Below are positions 24,684 to 34,304 of a stretch of 57,804 nucleotides of DNA, in pieces. Both the position numbers and the translations under genes were made by a program. This stretch comes from Patescibacteria group bacterium (GTDB lineage Bacteria > Patescibacteriota > Minisyncoccia > Phycocordibacterales > UBA12079): the NCBI GenBank assembly GCA_034661035.1, contig JAYEKM010000029.1, positions 1 through 57,804 on the forward strand, given 5' to 3'. Position 1 is the first letter of the stretch; every line of letters begins with the position of its first letter. The notes under the pieces were generated by a model. It was not told the DNA's origin. It did no database searches and was given only the letters and a program-made list of their open reading frames with translations.

Positions 24684-26195
24684 TTATTCTAAAATTTCTA
24701 TTTCTTCTGATTGTTTTGTAAATTTTCTCAGTAATAAAAAGTATAAACAATAAACAATCACCATTAAATAAAACGGGAAGAAATTAACTTTGATAGAGGC
24801 AAAAGGTAGACTAGCAAAAATTTCTACCACCTTTAATTCGTAGGAAAGTAATAATTGAGTTATGTAAGAGAAAGGTAAAGCTAACCAGGTTGAAATAAAA
24901 ACAAACATCCCTGTTAAAAAACCAAATAACATGGTTAAGGGAATAAACATCAACACTAAAAGATTAACAAAGACAGCTACGATTGATAATTCACCCATCA
25001 TATAAAGTAACAAAGGTAAAACAAAAATTTGAGTAGAGATAGTTGCTAAAACAGTTTCTCTTAAATAAAACTTTTCTGGAACAAACTTAAAAAATTTATC
25101 TAATTTAGGTGCTAATAAAATCAAACCTAAAGTCGCCATAAAAGAAAGCTGAAAAGAGGGATCAAAAACCACTATATTTGGATTATGTAAAACCATAACA
25201 AAACCAGCCAAGAAAAGCGCTCTAGTCATGTCATTAACTCTACCAGTAGCCCTCGCAAAAATAACTAACAAAGCCATTATAGAAGCTCTTACAATTGTTG
25301 CTGAACCACCCACCATAACGGCAAACAAAACAATACTCAAGGCCCCTAAACTCATTCCTATAATTCTAGGAAAGAAGGAAAAGAGGCTCATAATAAATCC
25401 AGCAATAATCGCTACATTGTAACCAGATAAAACCACGATGTGAATTAAACCAACTTTTCTGAAATCATCTTGCAAGTCTTGACCAAGAGATTGTTTAGCC
25501 CCTACTAACAACCCACCTAACAAAGAAAGTTGGGGCTCTGGAATAATCTCCTTAATTTGTCCTAAAAAAACTTTTTTAAATGAAAATAGTTTTTCTTTTA
25601 CAAAGTTACCATTCCCTCCCGAAACAAGATTAACCTCTGGGTAAAATATTTGATAAAAAATATTATCTTTAGACAAATACCGAACATAATCAAATTCTCG
25701 ACCACCATCGGTGAAAAAATTTTTTGGTTTTTGTAGCACACCAGAAAATTTAATTTCATCTCCATATTCAAATTGAGGATAATGTTGAACTGTTAATAAC
25801 ATCTTAATATTTGTCTTGTTTAAATCAAGATTTTCTAGACTCAAGATTTTAACAACCAACTTTGTATTGTTTTCTCTTTCGTCAGGTTCATCCATAACAA
25901 TACCAGTCACAGAGACATTTTGATCTTCTAAATTATCTAACAACCAACTTTGTTGTGTTTCGTTTGAAAGTGAACATCTCAACAAACCAATACCAAAAAA
26001 CAACATTAGCAAAGAAATAAACAAAAAAAACTTCTTATCAGAAGTTTTTTGACCTATAAATAAAACTAATAACCAAACCATTATCGACAAAAAAATCCAG
26101 AAAAAACCGAAGTAGAAACCTAAATCCCAAAGAGAACAAAAAACTGTTCCAATTATAAAACTCAAAATAGAAAAATAGAAAAAAGAATACTTCAT
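24684..26195 (-). CDS. comEC: DNA internalisation channel ComEC/Rec2 (no beta-lactamase domain)
   Basis: N-terminal TM plus OB-like region. Competence-domain TM bundle with GLIHIVVLSGYNVAII. 503 aa. Confidence 0.8.
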   Translation of the reverse strand: MKYSFFYFSILSFIIGTVFCSLWDLGFYFGFFWIFLSIMVWLLVLFIGQKTSDKKFFLFISLLMLFFGIGLLRCSLSNETQQSWLLDNLEDQNVSVTGIVMDEPDERENNTKLVVKILSLENLDLNKTNIKMLLTVQHYPQFEYGDEIKFSGVLQKPKNFFTDGGREFDYVRYLSKDNIFYQIFYPEVNLVSGGNGNFVKEKLFSFKKVFLGQIKEIIPEPQLSLLGGLLVGAKQSLGQDLQDDFRKVGLIHIVVLSGYNVAIIAGFIMSLFSFFPRIIGMSLGALSIVLFAVMVGGSATIVRASIMALLVIFARATGRVNDMTRALFLAGFVMVLHNPNIVVFDPSFQLSFMATLGLILLAPKLDKFFKFVPEKFYLRETVLATISTQIFVLPLLLYMMGELSIVAVFVNLLVLMFIPLTMLFGFLTGMFVFISTWLALPFSYITQLLLSYELKVVEIFASLPFASIKVNFFPFYLMVIVYCLYFLLLRKFTKQSEEIEILE

Positions 26196-26198
26196 GTA

Positions 26199-26630
26199 CT
26201 ATGATCCTCTTTTGTCCATAGCTTGATTAGCGAGTTCATCAGCTCTCTTGTTTTCTGCTCTAGGGATATATGTGAATTTTATATTCCTAAAGTTTTTCAC
26301 GATCAAATTATGAACTTTTATATACTGAGAAAAAAGGGTTTCCTCTTTTATCTGATATTCACCATTTAATTGCCTTTGAACTAACTGGCTATCCATTTTA
26401 ATTGTTACTTCCATTTTAACAAGATCTTTACCAAATACTTTTTGGGCTAATTCTAAACCGATAACAACAGCTTCATATTCAGCCCAGTTATTTGTTTTAG
26501 TCCCTAAAAACTTAGAGGTGGCCCTTAATTCAAGTCCTGTGCTACTAAAAATAACAGCTCCTGCTCCTGCATCTCCAGGATTTCCGCGGGATCCGCCATC
26601 TGTAAAAATAGTTATTTCATTTTCTTTCAT
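26199..26630 (-). CDS. rnhA: Ribonuclease HI
   Basis: DEDD residues in TDGGSRGNPG, NNWAEYEA, MDSQLV, KRADELAN. The ORF-track start 26654 is TTG; the ATG is at 26630. Confidence 0.75.
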   Translation of the reverse strand: MKENEITIFTDGGSRGNPGDAGAGAVIFSSTGLELRATSKFLGTKTNNWAEYEAVVIGLELAQKVFGKDLVKMEVTIKMDSQLVQRQLNGEYQIKEETLFSQYIKVHNLIVKNFRNIKFTYIPRAENKRADELANQAMDKRGS

Positions 26631-26634
26631 GTTT

Positions 26635-26774
26635 ACCCTATTAAATATATTCAAATCTGATAATAAATTGATGTTAAGTAAGTATTCTCTTCGTACGATA
26701 TAAAAAGAATTATATCTTAAAATCAGAGAGATTTGAAGATAAAATTTGTTACCACAAATTTTATTTAACAGAGT
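26635..26774. repeat. Intergenic unit bounded by ACCCTRTTAAAT inverted repeats (copy B)
   Basis: accctattaaat (26635-26646) and atttaacagagt (26763-26774). The proximal arm is 4 nt upstream of the rnhA ATG. Inner hairpin AAAATTTGT-tacc-ACAAATTTT at about 26742-26763. Confidence 0.5.
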
Positions 26775-26807
26775 GAATTATATCAAAAAAAAAACAAGCA
26801 TTTAAAA

Positions 26808-28511
26808 TTAAACTATATCAACAATCTTTAATCTTAATTCATTACTTCCACCATAAGTATTTCTCTCAAGATTAACTAAAATATCAACCTTTTGTTTTTG
26901 TGACAAAATAAATTTTTTATCTTTTATAAATTGACTAAAAAAATCAATAGCTTTTACTTTATTTCCTTTTGAATTTATAAAAGTCATTTCTAGATGATTT
27001 TTAGCCTTGCCAAATATTCGAGCCTCTTTTATCACCAAACTTTCAATCATAAATAATGGTCTTTTATTACCAACACCAAAAGGAGCTAATTTTTCTATCA
27101 AATTAAAGTTTTCCCAATTTAAATCATCAAGAGTAAGTTTTTTATCGACGAATATTTCTTCAACAATATCTTGATTTAAAATTTTACCAAAAGCTTTCAT
27201 AATTTTTTCTTCAAAAAAATGAATTTCACCTGATGAAATACCAAAACCAGCAGCCGCTTTATGCCCACCACTATGGGTAAAAAAACCTTGGTCAGCTAAG
27301 CTCATTAGTTCTACCAAATCAACTGTATCTGACCGACACGAACCACAATATTCTCCTTCCTCATTTGTTCCCCAAACAAAACAAGGTCTTTTATAGAAAT
27401 CTTTGAGAGAGGAAGCTATCAAACCAGAAAGTCCTAAGTTCCACTCAGGACTACCTATTACAATGACATCCTTTAATTCTCTCTCCTTTAATTTCCTTTT
27501 TGCCTCTCTAACAGCTGTAGCGACAAGAGTTTTTCTCTTATTGTTCAAAGAATCTAATTGACCAGCTAAATCATTAGCCACAAAAGCGTCCTCGGATGAA
27601 AGTAAGTCAAAAGTAATTTGAGGATCAGCTACTCTAGAGGCAGCATTAATCCTCGGGGCTATCATAAAACCAATATCCTCCTCGTTTATGTACTTTTGAT
27701 CAACTTTAATTTTTTTTAACAATTTTATTAAACCTAAACGAGGAGATTTTCTCATTACTAATAAACCATATTTAGCAAAAACTCGATTCTCCCTCTTTAA
27801 AGGCACCATATCGGCAATTGTTGCCAAACCTACCATGTCTAACAACCATTTTTCCCAACCTTCTACTATATCAAAATCACCTTTTTGGATTAATCCTTGA
27901 ATAAATTTAAAAATAACTCCTGCTCCACACAACATATCATCTAGATAATTATCATCAGTTTGTTTAGAGTTCAAAATAGCCAGAGCCTGAGGTAACTCTT
28001 CTCCAGGTAAATGATGGTCTGTTACAATCACATCAACCCCGTTCTTACTAGCCAGTGCAACCTCTTCACTATTTGTAATTCCACAATCAATTGTTATCAG
28101 AACATCTGTTTTTTCCTGAATAAATTTATTAACAGCTTTTTTATTTAATCCATAGCCTTCTTTTAAACGATTGGGTATGTAGTTACTGAAATTAACAAAA
28201 CCAATCTTCTTAAAAAAATCATTTAAGATAACTGCTCCTGAAATACCATCAGCGTCATAGTCGCTATAGATTATTACTCTTTCATTTTCCCTGATTGCCT
28301 TTAAAATCCTATCAACCGCCAAATCCATACCTTTTATAGAAAAAGGGTTAAACTTATCTTCGTTATAAACGGGCTTTAAAAAATCTTCTGCATCATCAAG
28401 GTTCTCCAGACCTCTATAAAATAACAACTGGCCTAAAATATCTGGGTATTTTTTAAATTCTTTCTTTACTTTATCAGGTAGTTCACCGCCAAAACTTATT
28501 TTTCTTTTCAT
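26808..28511 (-). CDS. recJ: Single-stranded-DNA-specific exonuclease RecJ
   Basis: DHH family motifs DYDADGISG, DCG and VTDHH, plus the DHHA1 motif GGHKAAAG. Confidence 0.9.
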   Translation of the reverse strand: MKRKISFGGELPDKVKKEFKKYPDILGQLLFYRGLENLDDAEDFLKPVYNEDKFNPFSIKGMDLAVDRILKAIRENERVIIYSDYDADGISGAVILNDFFKKIGFVNFSNYIPNRLKEGYGLNKKAVNKFIQEKTDVLITIDCGITNSEEVALASKNGVDVIVTDHHLPGEELPQALAILNSKQTDDNYLDDMLCGAGVIFKFIQGLIQKGDFDIVEGWEKWLLDMVGLATIADMVPLKRENRVFAKYGLLVMRKSPRLGLIKLLKKIKVDQKYINEEDIGFMIAPRINAASRVADPQITFDLLSSEDAFVANDLAGQLDSLNNKRKTLVATAVREAKRKLKERELKDVIVIGSPEWNLGLSGLIASSLKDFYKRPCFVWGTNEEGEYCGSCRSDTVDLVELMSLADQGFFTHSGGHKAAAGFGISSGEIHFFEEKIMKAFGKILNQDIVEEIFVDKKLTLDDLNWENFNLIEKLAPFGVGNKRPLFMIESLVIKEARIFGKAKNHLEMTFINSKGNKVKAIDFFSQFIKDKKFILSQKQKVDILVNLERNTYGGSNELRLKIVDIV

Positions 28512-28538
28512 TTCACCATTTTAGCATATAATAAAAAC

Positions 28539-28937
28539 ATGAATGATTGCCTATTTTGTAAAATTGTGTCGGGAGAGATACCCTGCCATAAGGTCTATGA
28601 AGATAAAAACTTTTTAGCCTTTTTAGATATCAATCCAGCCAACCTTGGTCATACTTTAATTATCCCAAAAAAACATTCCAAAAACATCTTAGAGATGGAC
28701 GATGAATTATCAAAAGAAATGATTATTATCATTAAAAAAATCTCAAAAAAAATAAAAACATCACTGAAAAGCGATGGTATAAATATTTTAATGAATAATG
28801 AAGCCGGAGCAGGACAAATAATCTTCCATACTCATGTTCATATTATTCCCCGTTTTCTTGATGATGGATTAAAACATTGGCCTAGTAAAAAAATAACTAA
28901 TATTGAACTAGAAAAAATAAGAAATAAATTGTTTTGA
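28539..28937 (+). CDS. HIT family (histidine triad) protein
   Basis: CLFCKI N-terminus and the histidine triad HTHVHIIPR. Confidence 0.9.
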   Translation: MNDCLFCKIVSGEIPCHKVYEDKNFLAFLDINPANLGHTLIIPKKHSKNILEMDDELSKEMIIIIKKISKKIKTSLKSDGINILMNNEAGAGQIIFHTHVHIIPRFLDDGLKHWPSKKITNIELEKIRNKLF

Positions 28938-28941
28938 TGAT

Positions 28942-28986
28942 AAAAAAAGGCCACCGCTACTAAAAACATAGCTGTGGCCTTCTTTG
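28942..28986. terminator. Bidirectional terminator
   Basis: A-run, GGCCACCGCTA-ctaaaaaca-TAGCTGTGGCC (one mismatch), then T-rich tail. Lies between HIT (+) and the C10 protease (-). Confidence 0.55.
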
Positions 28987-29014
28987 TATTAATCCTTATT
29001 CTCAATTTTCAATA

Positions 29015-30463
29015 TCAAGGAACCTGAATAATTTTTACTTCCGAAAGACCTCCATATCCATATCGGTTATAACCTTGAACAGCAACGTAATACATTGCTC
29101 CGTGAGGCAAAACAAAAGACGCAGTTGTCTGTTGTTTGTCAAAAAAAATTTGATAGACATCCTTTTCTTCCTCGTTTAAAAAAGGAGTAAGAGAATAACA
29201 AAGAATATAACCCTCCGTGTCCGATGTTAACCAACCTAAATTGACAACTTGACCCTCAATATCAATATCCAGAGAGGGAAAACCAGGAGGACCCTTCAAC
29301 GGATGAATATCAACAACCATCGAAACATATTTGTTCTTTGTGTCGTCCCACTCCCAGAAAGAATCAAAAGATTCGACGGTATACCATCCATCAGAGGAAC
29401 CACCCCAACCAAAATTAAAGTGAACTTGATCCATCCCATCTACAGACCAATATCCGTCAGCGACATAAGCATGCCTATCCGATGAAAAAAAGACAGGTTG
29501 TCTTTTATTGATTTGTTCCTGAATTATCGGGAAAAAATTATCACGATAACTTATTATATCGTGAAGATCGTCGCTGTAACCTAAATACTCTGGAAGTCCA
29601 GCAACCAAACCAGCATAAAAACCAGAACTCTCTGTAGAGGAATAACATGTTTTCGCAAGAACTCCAACATCAGCCATTAACCGAGCGACTGCATCATTTT
29701 CTGGTGAGGGTTGTCCCTCAAACCAAGAATAAGAATCTATCATCAAGTTCCAGTAATATTCGTGAGAAAAATCTGCACAGATATATTGGTTTGTTCCACA
29801 ACTGATAGAACCAGAAAAATAATCATCGTAACATTTAGAACCAGAACCTACCTTTGGCCACTCCCAATATTTGAGAATCTGAGCAATGGCAGTTGCTACA
29901 CAACCTGTTACGGACCTTTCCCCGTTATTATCCAACGGACAGTAGTTGTTATAAGGAGTCTGTTGACTCCACGTTGTCTTCAATAAAGGACCAACCATTC
30001 CGCTAATAATATCATCAGTGGTAACAAAAGACCTTTTCTCAAGAAGTGTCCAAGCTTTATTGACCTGAAGGACTTGTTTTTTATTTGAAAGAGTGTGGAC
30101 AATAAATTTTGCTTGTCGGACAAGACTCTCAATAACCATAACCCCCATATCCATGGCAAGTTCAGAATTACTACTAAAACTTCCATCTTTACTCCAGGCT
30201 TTAATAGGTTCAAAGAGATCTTCCGTAGGAACAACTACAAAACCTCCACCAGAAAAATTAAATAGATAACCAATTGATTTACCCTTCTCGTCTTGAAGGA
30301 TTATTCCTTCATTAACAATTTTGTCTTCTCCGACTCGTTGCATCCATAACTCAGCTATAAGCCGAGCTTGCTGTAAAGAAACAAATTGAGCCTCTGATAT
30401 AGCAGCAACAGGAAATAAAAAAATAATCAATAGCAACGAAATTATCTTAACCTTTTCCATCAT
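29015..30463 (-). CDS. Secreted cysteine protease, peptidase family C10 (streptopain-like), with pro-region and C-terminal Fn3-like domain
   Basis: Signal peptide. Conserved block TTWSQQTPYNNYCP...VTGCVATAIAQILKYW (catalytic Cys). HAYVADGY (catalytic His). HFNFGWGG. The RBS AAAGGAG precedes ATG 30463/30460. Confidence 0.8.
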   Translation of the reverse strand: MMEKVKIISLLLIIFLFPVAAISEAQFVSLQQARLIAELWMQRVGEDKIVNEGIILQDEKGKSIGYLFNFSGGGFVVVPTEDLFEPIKAWSKDGSFSSNSELAMDMGVMVIESLVRQAKFIVHTLSNKKQVLQVNKAWTLLEKRSFVTTDDIISGMVGPLLKTTWSQQTPYNNYCPLDNNGERSVTGCVATAIAQILKYWEWPKVGSGSKCYDDYFSGSISCGTNQYICADFSHEYYWNLMIDSYSWFEGQPSPENDAVARLMADVGVLAKTCYSSTESSGFYAGLVAGLPEYLGYSDDLHDIISYRDNFFPIIQEQINKRQPVFFSSDRHAYVADGYWSVDGMDQVHFNFGWGGSSDGWYTVESFDSFWEWDDTKNKYVSMVVDIHPLKGPPGFPSLDIDIEGQVVNLGWLTSDTEGYILCYSLTPFLNEEEKDVYQIFFDKQQTTASFVLPHGAMYYVAVQGYNRYGYGGLSEVKIIQVP

Positions 30464-30610
30464 TGCATCTCCTTTCATTCGTAAAAGCTGAGAATTAATT
30501 TATACAAAAATATCAAAGTACAATACTTCTACATAGAATAGTATGGATAAAGATAAATTTTGTCAATAGATCGTTATGGTTCAATACCTATGCAACACTT
30601 TAATCGTGCA

Positions 30611-30705
30611 GGATTAAAAACTTAAGACATTGGCCTAGTAAAAAACACACTCCCGAAGAACTCTTAGGTACATTAGTAAAGATAAAAAATAAAAAGACCG
30701 TATAA
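30611..30705 (+). pseudogene. Relic of a HIT-gene 3' end
   Basis: ggattaaaa + 8-nt insert + cattggcctagtaaaaaa reproduces 28866-28892 of the intact HIT gene (an 18-nt exact run). The frame reads HWPSKKHTPEELLGTLVKIKNKKTV*, versus HWPSKKITNIELEKIRNKLF* in the intact gene. Confidence 0.7.
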
Positions 30706-30725
30706 GCAAAAAGCAAATACGGTCT
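30684..30725 (-). terminator. Terminator after the second C10 protease gene
   Basis: AGACCGTAT/ATACGGTCT stem followed on the minus strand by a long U-run. Confidence 0.6.
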
Positions 30726-30758
30726 TTAAAATTACATAGATCATTTTTAAACCTCATA

Positions 30759-32222
30759 TCAACGGATCTCGAAAAGTCCGATATTGGAGTATTCACTACC
30801 TCCAATTAAATTATATGCCTGTATTGCGACAAAATAACTAGCACCAACCCAAAGATTGGCAGACATGGATGTTTGACTACCCCAATCAACCGTCACTATT
30901 GAACCAGGTCCTGTATAAGGAGCTGGTGCGTAAGAAAATAAATAACCAGTGGCTCCCGTCACGGGTTGCCACGAACAGTTAACGATAGTTCCATTGACGA
31001 CCACCTCCAACACCGGGGAATCAGGGGCACTATCAGCTGTTATAAAGTCAGGATAAATGTTGATTATCATCGTCACCCGACTAGAACTGTCATACGAAGC
31101 TCCCCAGAATTCATTTAATCCTTCAATTGTGTACCATCCATCCGATGAACCATCCCAACCAAAATTAAAATGAGTTTGATTCATACCAAGATCTTCCCGA
31201 AAACCATCAGCAACGTAAGCATGGTTACTAGAGCAAAAAAACACAGGGTAGCCTTTGTCTAGCTGATTCTTAATAGTTGAATAAGAACTACTCCAGGATT
31301 CATAAACTATCTCCACTTCATCACTATAACCCAAGTAGGTAGAAAAATCGTCCTCGTAAGGAAATGCTCCACTTCCAGAAGAGGAGTAATTAGTTTCAAA
31401 GATAATTCCTAAATCAGACATCAACGTGGCAACGGTATCAATTTCCTCGGCAGGCGAAGATTCCGTAAGGATATCTGGCATTTTATTCCAATTATAAACA
31501 TGCTCAAAATCAGCACATAAAGTCACTTCCGGATTATTAAGACAATCATAATTAGAACAATAAGAATAGCATTTACTTCCTGTTCCAGCTTCCGGCCATC
31601 TCCAATACCTTAATATCTGAGCCATGGCTGTACTTGTACATCCAGTGACAGAAAGTTCGCCATTGTCATTGTCTATAGGACAATAAGCGTTGTAAGGTTC
31701 ACGTTGTCCCCAAGTAGTTGTCAACAACGGACCAACAACCTGAGAACTTTCTTGCGCCCTTACCTCTCCTGGAGACAAAATCCGTCTCCACCCTTCATGG
31801 GCGTCTGTCAGGCTACTTTGGTAATTCGCCGAAGAAGCCCTTACGGTAACGAGAAAATGTTTTTGTCGTAGGAAACTTTTTTTAACCATAGTTTCCATGT
31901 CCATAGACCGCGAAGGGTCACCACGAAAGTGTCCCCTTCTACTCCAAGCCTTAACGGGTTCGAAAGTATCGTCCATAGGAACAACCACAAACCCTCCGCC
32001 AGAGAAACTGAACAGATAACCGATTGAGTTGCCCTCATTTTGAAGGGTTCTTCCTTCATCAACAACCCTATCTTCTCCAACCCTTTCCATCCAGTTTTCA
32101 GCCACAACCTGAGCCGTCTCAAAAGAAACAGGGGCAGCATTTACTGAACCAAAGTTAGAGAAAACAAAGAACATCGCAACAACCAGAACTACGAAAAAAC
32201 TACAACGTTTTGTCACTTCCAT
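30759..32222 (-). CDS. Secreted cysteine protease, peptidase family C10 (second, diverged paralog)
   Basis: Same blocks as the first: TTWGQREPYNAYCP...VTGCTSTAMAQILRYW, HAYVADGF, HFNFGWDG. C-terminal Fn3-like domain (GATGY). GGAGG lies 8 nt upstream of ATG 32222. The longer ORF-track start 32297 lacks an RBS. Confidence 0.8.
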   Translation of the reverse strand: MEVTKRCSFFVVLVVAMFFVFSNFGSVNAAPVSFETAQVVAENWMERVGEDRVVDEGRTLQNEGNSIGYLFSFSGGGFVVVPMDDTFEPVKAWSRRGHFRGDPSRSMDMETMVKKSFLRQKHFLVTVRASSANYQSSLTDAHEGWRRILSPGEVRAQESSQVVGPLLTTTWGQREPYNAYCPIDNDNGELSVTGCTSTAMAQILRYWRWPEAGTGSKCYSYCSNYDCLNNPEVTLCADFEHVYNWNKMPDILTESSPAEEIDTVATLMSDLGIIFETNYSSSGSGAFPYEDDFSTYLGYSDEVEIVYESWSSSYSTIKNQLDKGYPVFFCSSNHAYVADGFREDLGMNQTHFNFGWDGSSDGWYTIEGLNEFWGASYDSSSRVTMIINIYPDFITADSAPDSPVLEVVVNGTIVNCSWQPVTGATGYLFSYAPAPYTGPGSIVTVDWGSQTSMSANLWVGASYFVAIQAYNLIGGSEYSNIGLFEIR

Positions 32223-32357
32223 TTTTATTACCTCCTTTTTTAAATTGTAAGGCTCAAGACCTTTTATTTTAGGTTTAAAATTATATGTAATTCTCAAAGA
32301 ACTACACTCCTATAAAAAGGATAGGATTAAACAAGAAAATTGTCAAGTGTATGAAGT

Positions 32358-33485
32358 TTATTTCTTCCCTTCTATAGCTTCTACGCCAACGAGAGTTCCT
32401 TCTGATATAAATTCCAACATAGCACCACCACCAGTGGAAATAAAGTCAAACTTATCTTCTAATCCTAAATTAGAAATACAGTGTTCGGTGTCACCGCCAC
32501 CAGCAATAGACTCAGCATTGCTTTCTGTGATAAGGCGAATCAAATCAAAAGTTGCATCGGAAAAACCTTTTGTATAGTAACCAAGCGGTCCATTCCACAA
32601 AATAAACTTAGATTTTTTGATTATTTTTTCTAATTCTGAAATGGTTTTAGGTCCAGCATCCATTATACTTTCGTTTCCTAAAACTTCATTAGGACTTTTT
32701 AATGAAACTTTACCTTGCTTTTCCACAAGGACATCAGTAGGTAAAACAACCTTTTCATTTTCCAGTAAATTACCAAAATCAAAATCCTCACCCGAAGTTA
32801 GAGATCCTCTCATATCAAAGCCTTTAGACTTAAAAACATCATTAGCTAAAGCCCCTCCCACAAAGACAACATCCGCAATATCTAGAAATTTTCTAATAAA
32901 AGGAATCTTTGTTTTTAATTTATTACCCCCAAGGATAAACAGTTTAGGAGAACTCGATTGAAATACCCTCTTTAATTCTTCAACTTCATTAATAAAAACA
33001 GGTCCAAAGAAAGATTCCATAAATTTAGGTAAACCAATAATAGAACTGTGTTTACGATGTGAAGCCGCAAAGGCTTCGTTTACGTAGATATCCCCTAATG
33101 AAGATATCTTTTTAGAGAATTCATTATCATTCTCCTTCTCTTCTCTAAACTGACGTATATTTTCAATTAAAACAATATCACCTGACTGCATATTTGAAAT
33201 TTTTTTATTTTGTTCATAATTAAAAATATCTTTAATAAAGATAATTTCAAAAAATTTTTTTAAATAATCGGAAACACATAACAAACTTTCTGAACCGTCC
33301 CTACCAATATGACTCAAGATAATAATTTTAGAACCTTCCTTTTTTAAAAAACCAATAGTTGTTAAAATTTTTTCTATCTTAAAATTATCAACAATTACAC
33401 CATCTACAACAGGAACATTTAAATCCAGTCTCAATAAAACTTTTTTATTTTTTAAGTTACCTTTTTGTTCAAAAATAGATCTCAT
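32358..33485 (-). CDS. pgk: Phosphoglycerate kinase
   Basis: N-terminal LLRLDLNVPV motif and C-terminal ISTGGGAMLEF motif. Confidence 0.9.
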   Translation of the reverse strand: MRSIFEQKGNLKNKKVLLRLDLNVPVVDGVIVDNFKIEKILTTIGFLKKEGSKIIILSHIGRDGSESLLCVSDYLKKFFEIIFIKDIFNYEQNKKISNMQSGDIVLIENIRQFREEKENDNEFSKKISSLGDIYVNEAFAASHRKHSSIIGLPKFMESFFGPVFINEVEELKRVFQSSSPKLFILGGNKLKTKIPFIRKFLDIADVVFVGGALANDVFKSKGFDMRGSLTSGEDFDFGNLLENEKVVLPTDVLVEKQGKVSLKSPNEVLGNESIMDAGPKTISELEKIIKKSKFILWNGPLGYYTKGFSDATFDLIRLITESNAESIAGGGDTEHCISNLGLEDKFDFISTGGGAMLEFISEGTLVGVEAIEGKK

Positions 33486-33505
33486 AAAAATATTTAGGGA
33501 AACAA

Positions 33506-34267
33506 TTAAACCCCACTAAGAACCTCTAAAAATTTGTTAAATTTTTCTTTATTTAAACTATCTCTTCCAACCAAAAAACCATCCACATCGGTCTCCCTTA
33601 ACTCTTCAGTTATCTTATAGTTAACTGAACCTCCATACAAAATTTTAACGTCTTTAAAATCACGAACATTATATTTGTCAACTAAAACTTTCTTAATAAA
33701 AATTGTAGCTTCTTGCAATTGTTTCTTAGTAATAGTCTCTTTAGCTTTTACTCCAACGGCCCAAACAGGTTCATATGCAATCAAAGTATTTTTTAAATAA
33801 TTTTTACTAACTCCTTCCAAATCATCCAAAATTTGTTTCTTCAAAAAGCGAAAATAATGTCCATCTTCATCTCTCTCTAGCTCACCAACGCATAAAATTA
33901 CGTTTAAACCGCTTTTTAAAGCTAATTTAACCTTTCTATTGATTAGTTCATCGCTATCTCCTGTTTTACGATTTTCAGAATGACCCAAAATAACAAATTT
34001 AGCTCCACTAGTTTTTAACATTTCAGGAGAAATCTCACCAGTCCAAGGTCCTTTCTCTTCACTAAAACAATTCTGAGACCCTAAGGAAATTTTGCTTCCT
34101 ACAGAAATTTTTTTTAACTCACTAATATAAACAGCTGGAGGACAAACAATAATCTCACCTCCTTTTGTTTTTTTCAACTGTTTTTTTGTATTAGAAAAAA
34201 TTGCCTTTGCCTCACGAAAGGTGGTAGGATTCATTTTCCAATTAGCAACTACTATTTTTTTTACCAT
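33506..34267 (-). CDS. tpiA: Triosephosphate isomerase
   Basis: VANWKMN, GHSENR and AYEPVWAVG motifs. Confidence 0.9.
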   Translation of the reverse strand: MVKKIVVANWKMNPTTFREAKAIFSNTKKQLKKTKGGEIIVCPPAVYISELKKISVGSKISLGSQNCFSEEKGPWTGEISPEMLKTSGAKFVILGHSENRKTGDSDELINRKVKLALKSGLNVILCVGELERDEDGHYFRFLKKQILDDLEGVSKNYLKNTLIAYEPVWAVGVKAKETITKKQLQEATIFIKKVLVDKYNVRDFKDVKILYGGSVNYKITEELRETDVDGFLVGRDSLNKEKFNKFLEVLSGV

Positions 34268-34304
34268 ATATCATATGATACCCTCTTTTAAACTAACATT
34301 CAAT

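Noticed and set aside
29015-32297. Calling the C10, tRNA-Pro and tRNA-Ser islands foreign on G+C content alone
   Set aside because: My hand counts gave about 47-52% G+C in these genes versus about 35% in a pilC sample. But the native-looking fibre-locus genes (samples at about 36.0 and 42.0 kb) are also about 43-45%. That probably reflects Gly/Ser/Thr/Ala-rich composition. G+C is therefore not discriminating, and the RBS contrast was used instead.
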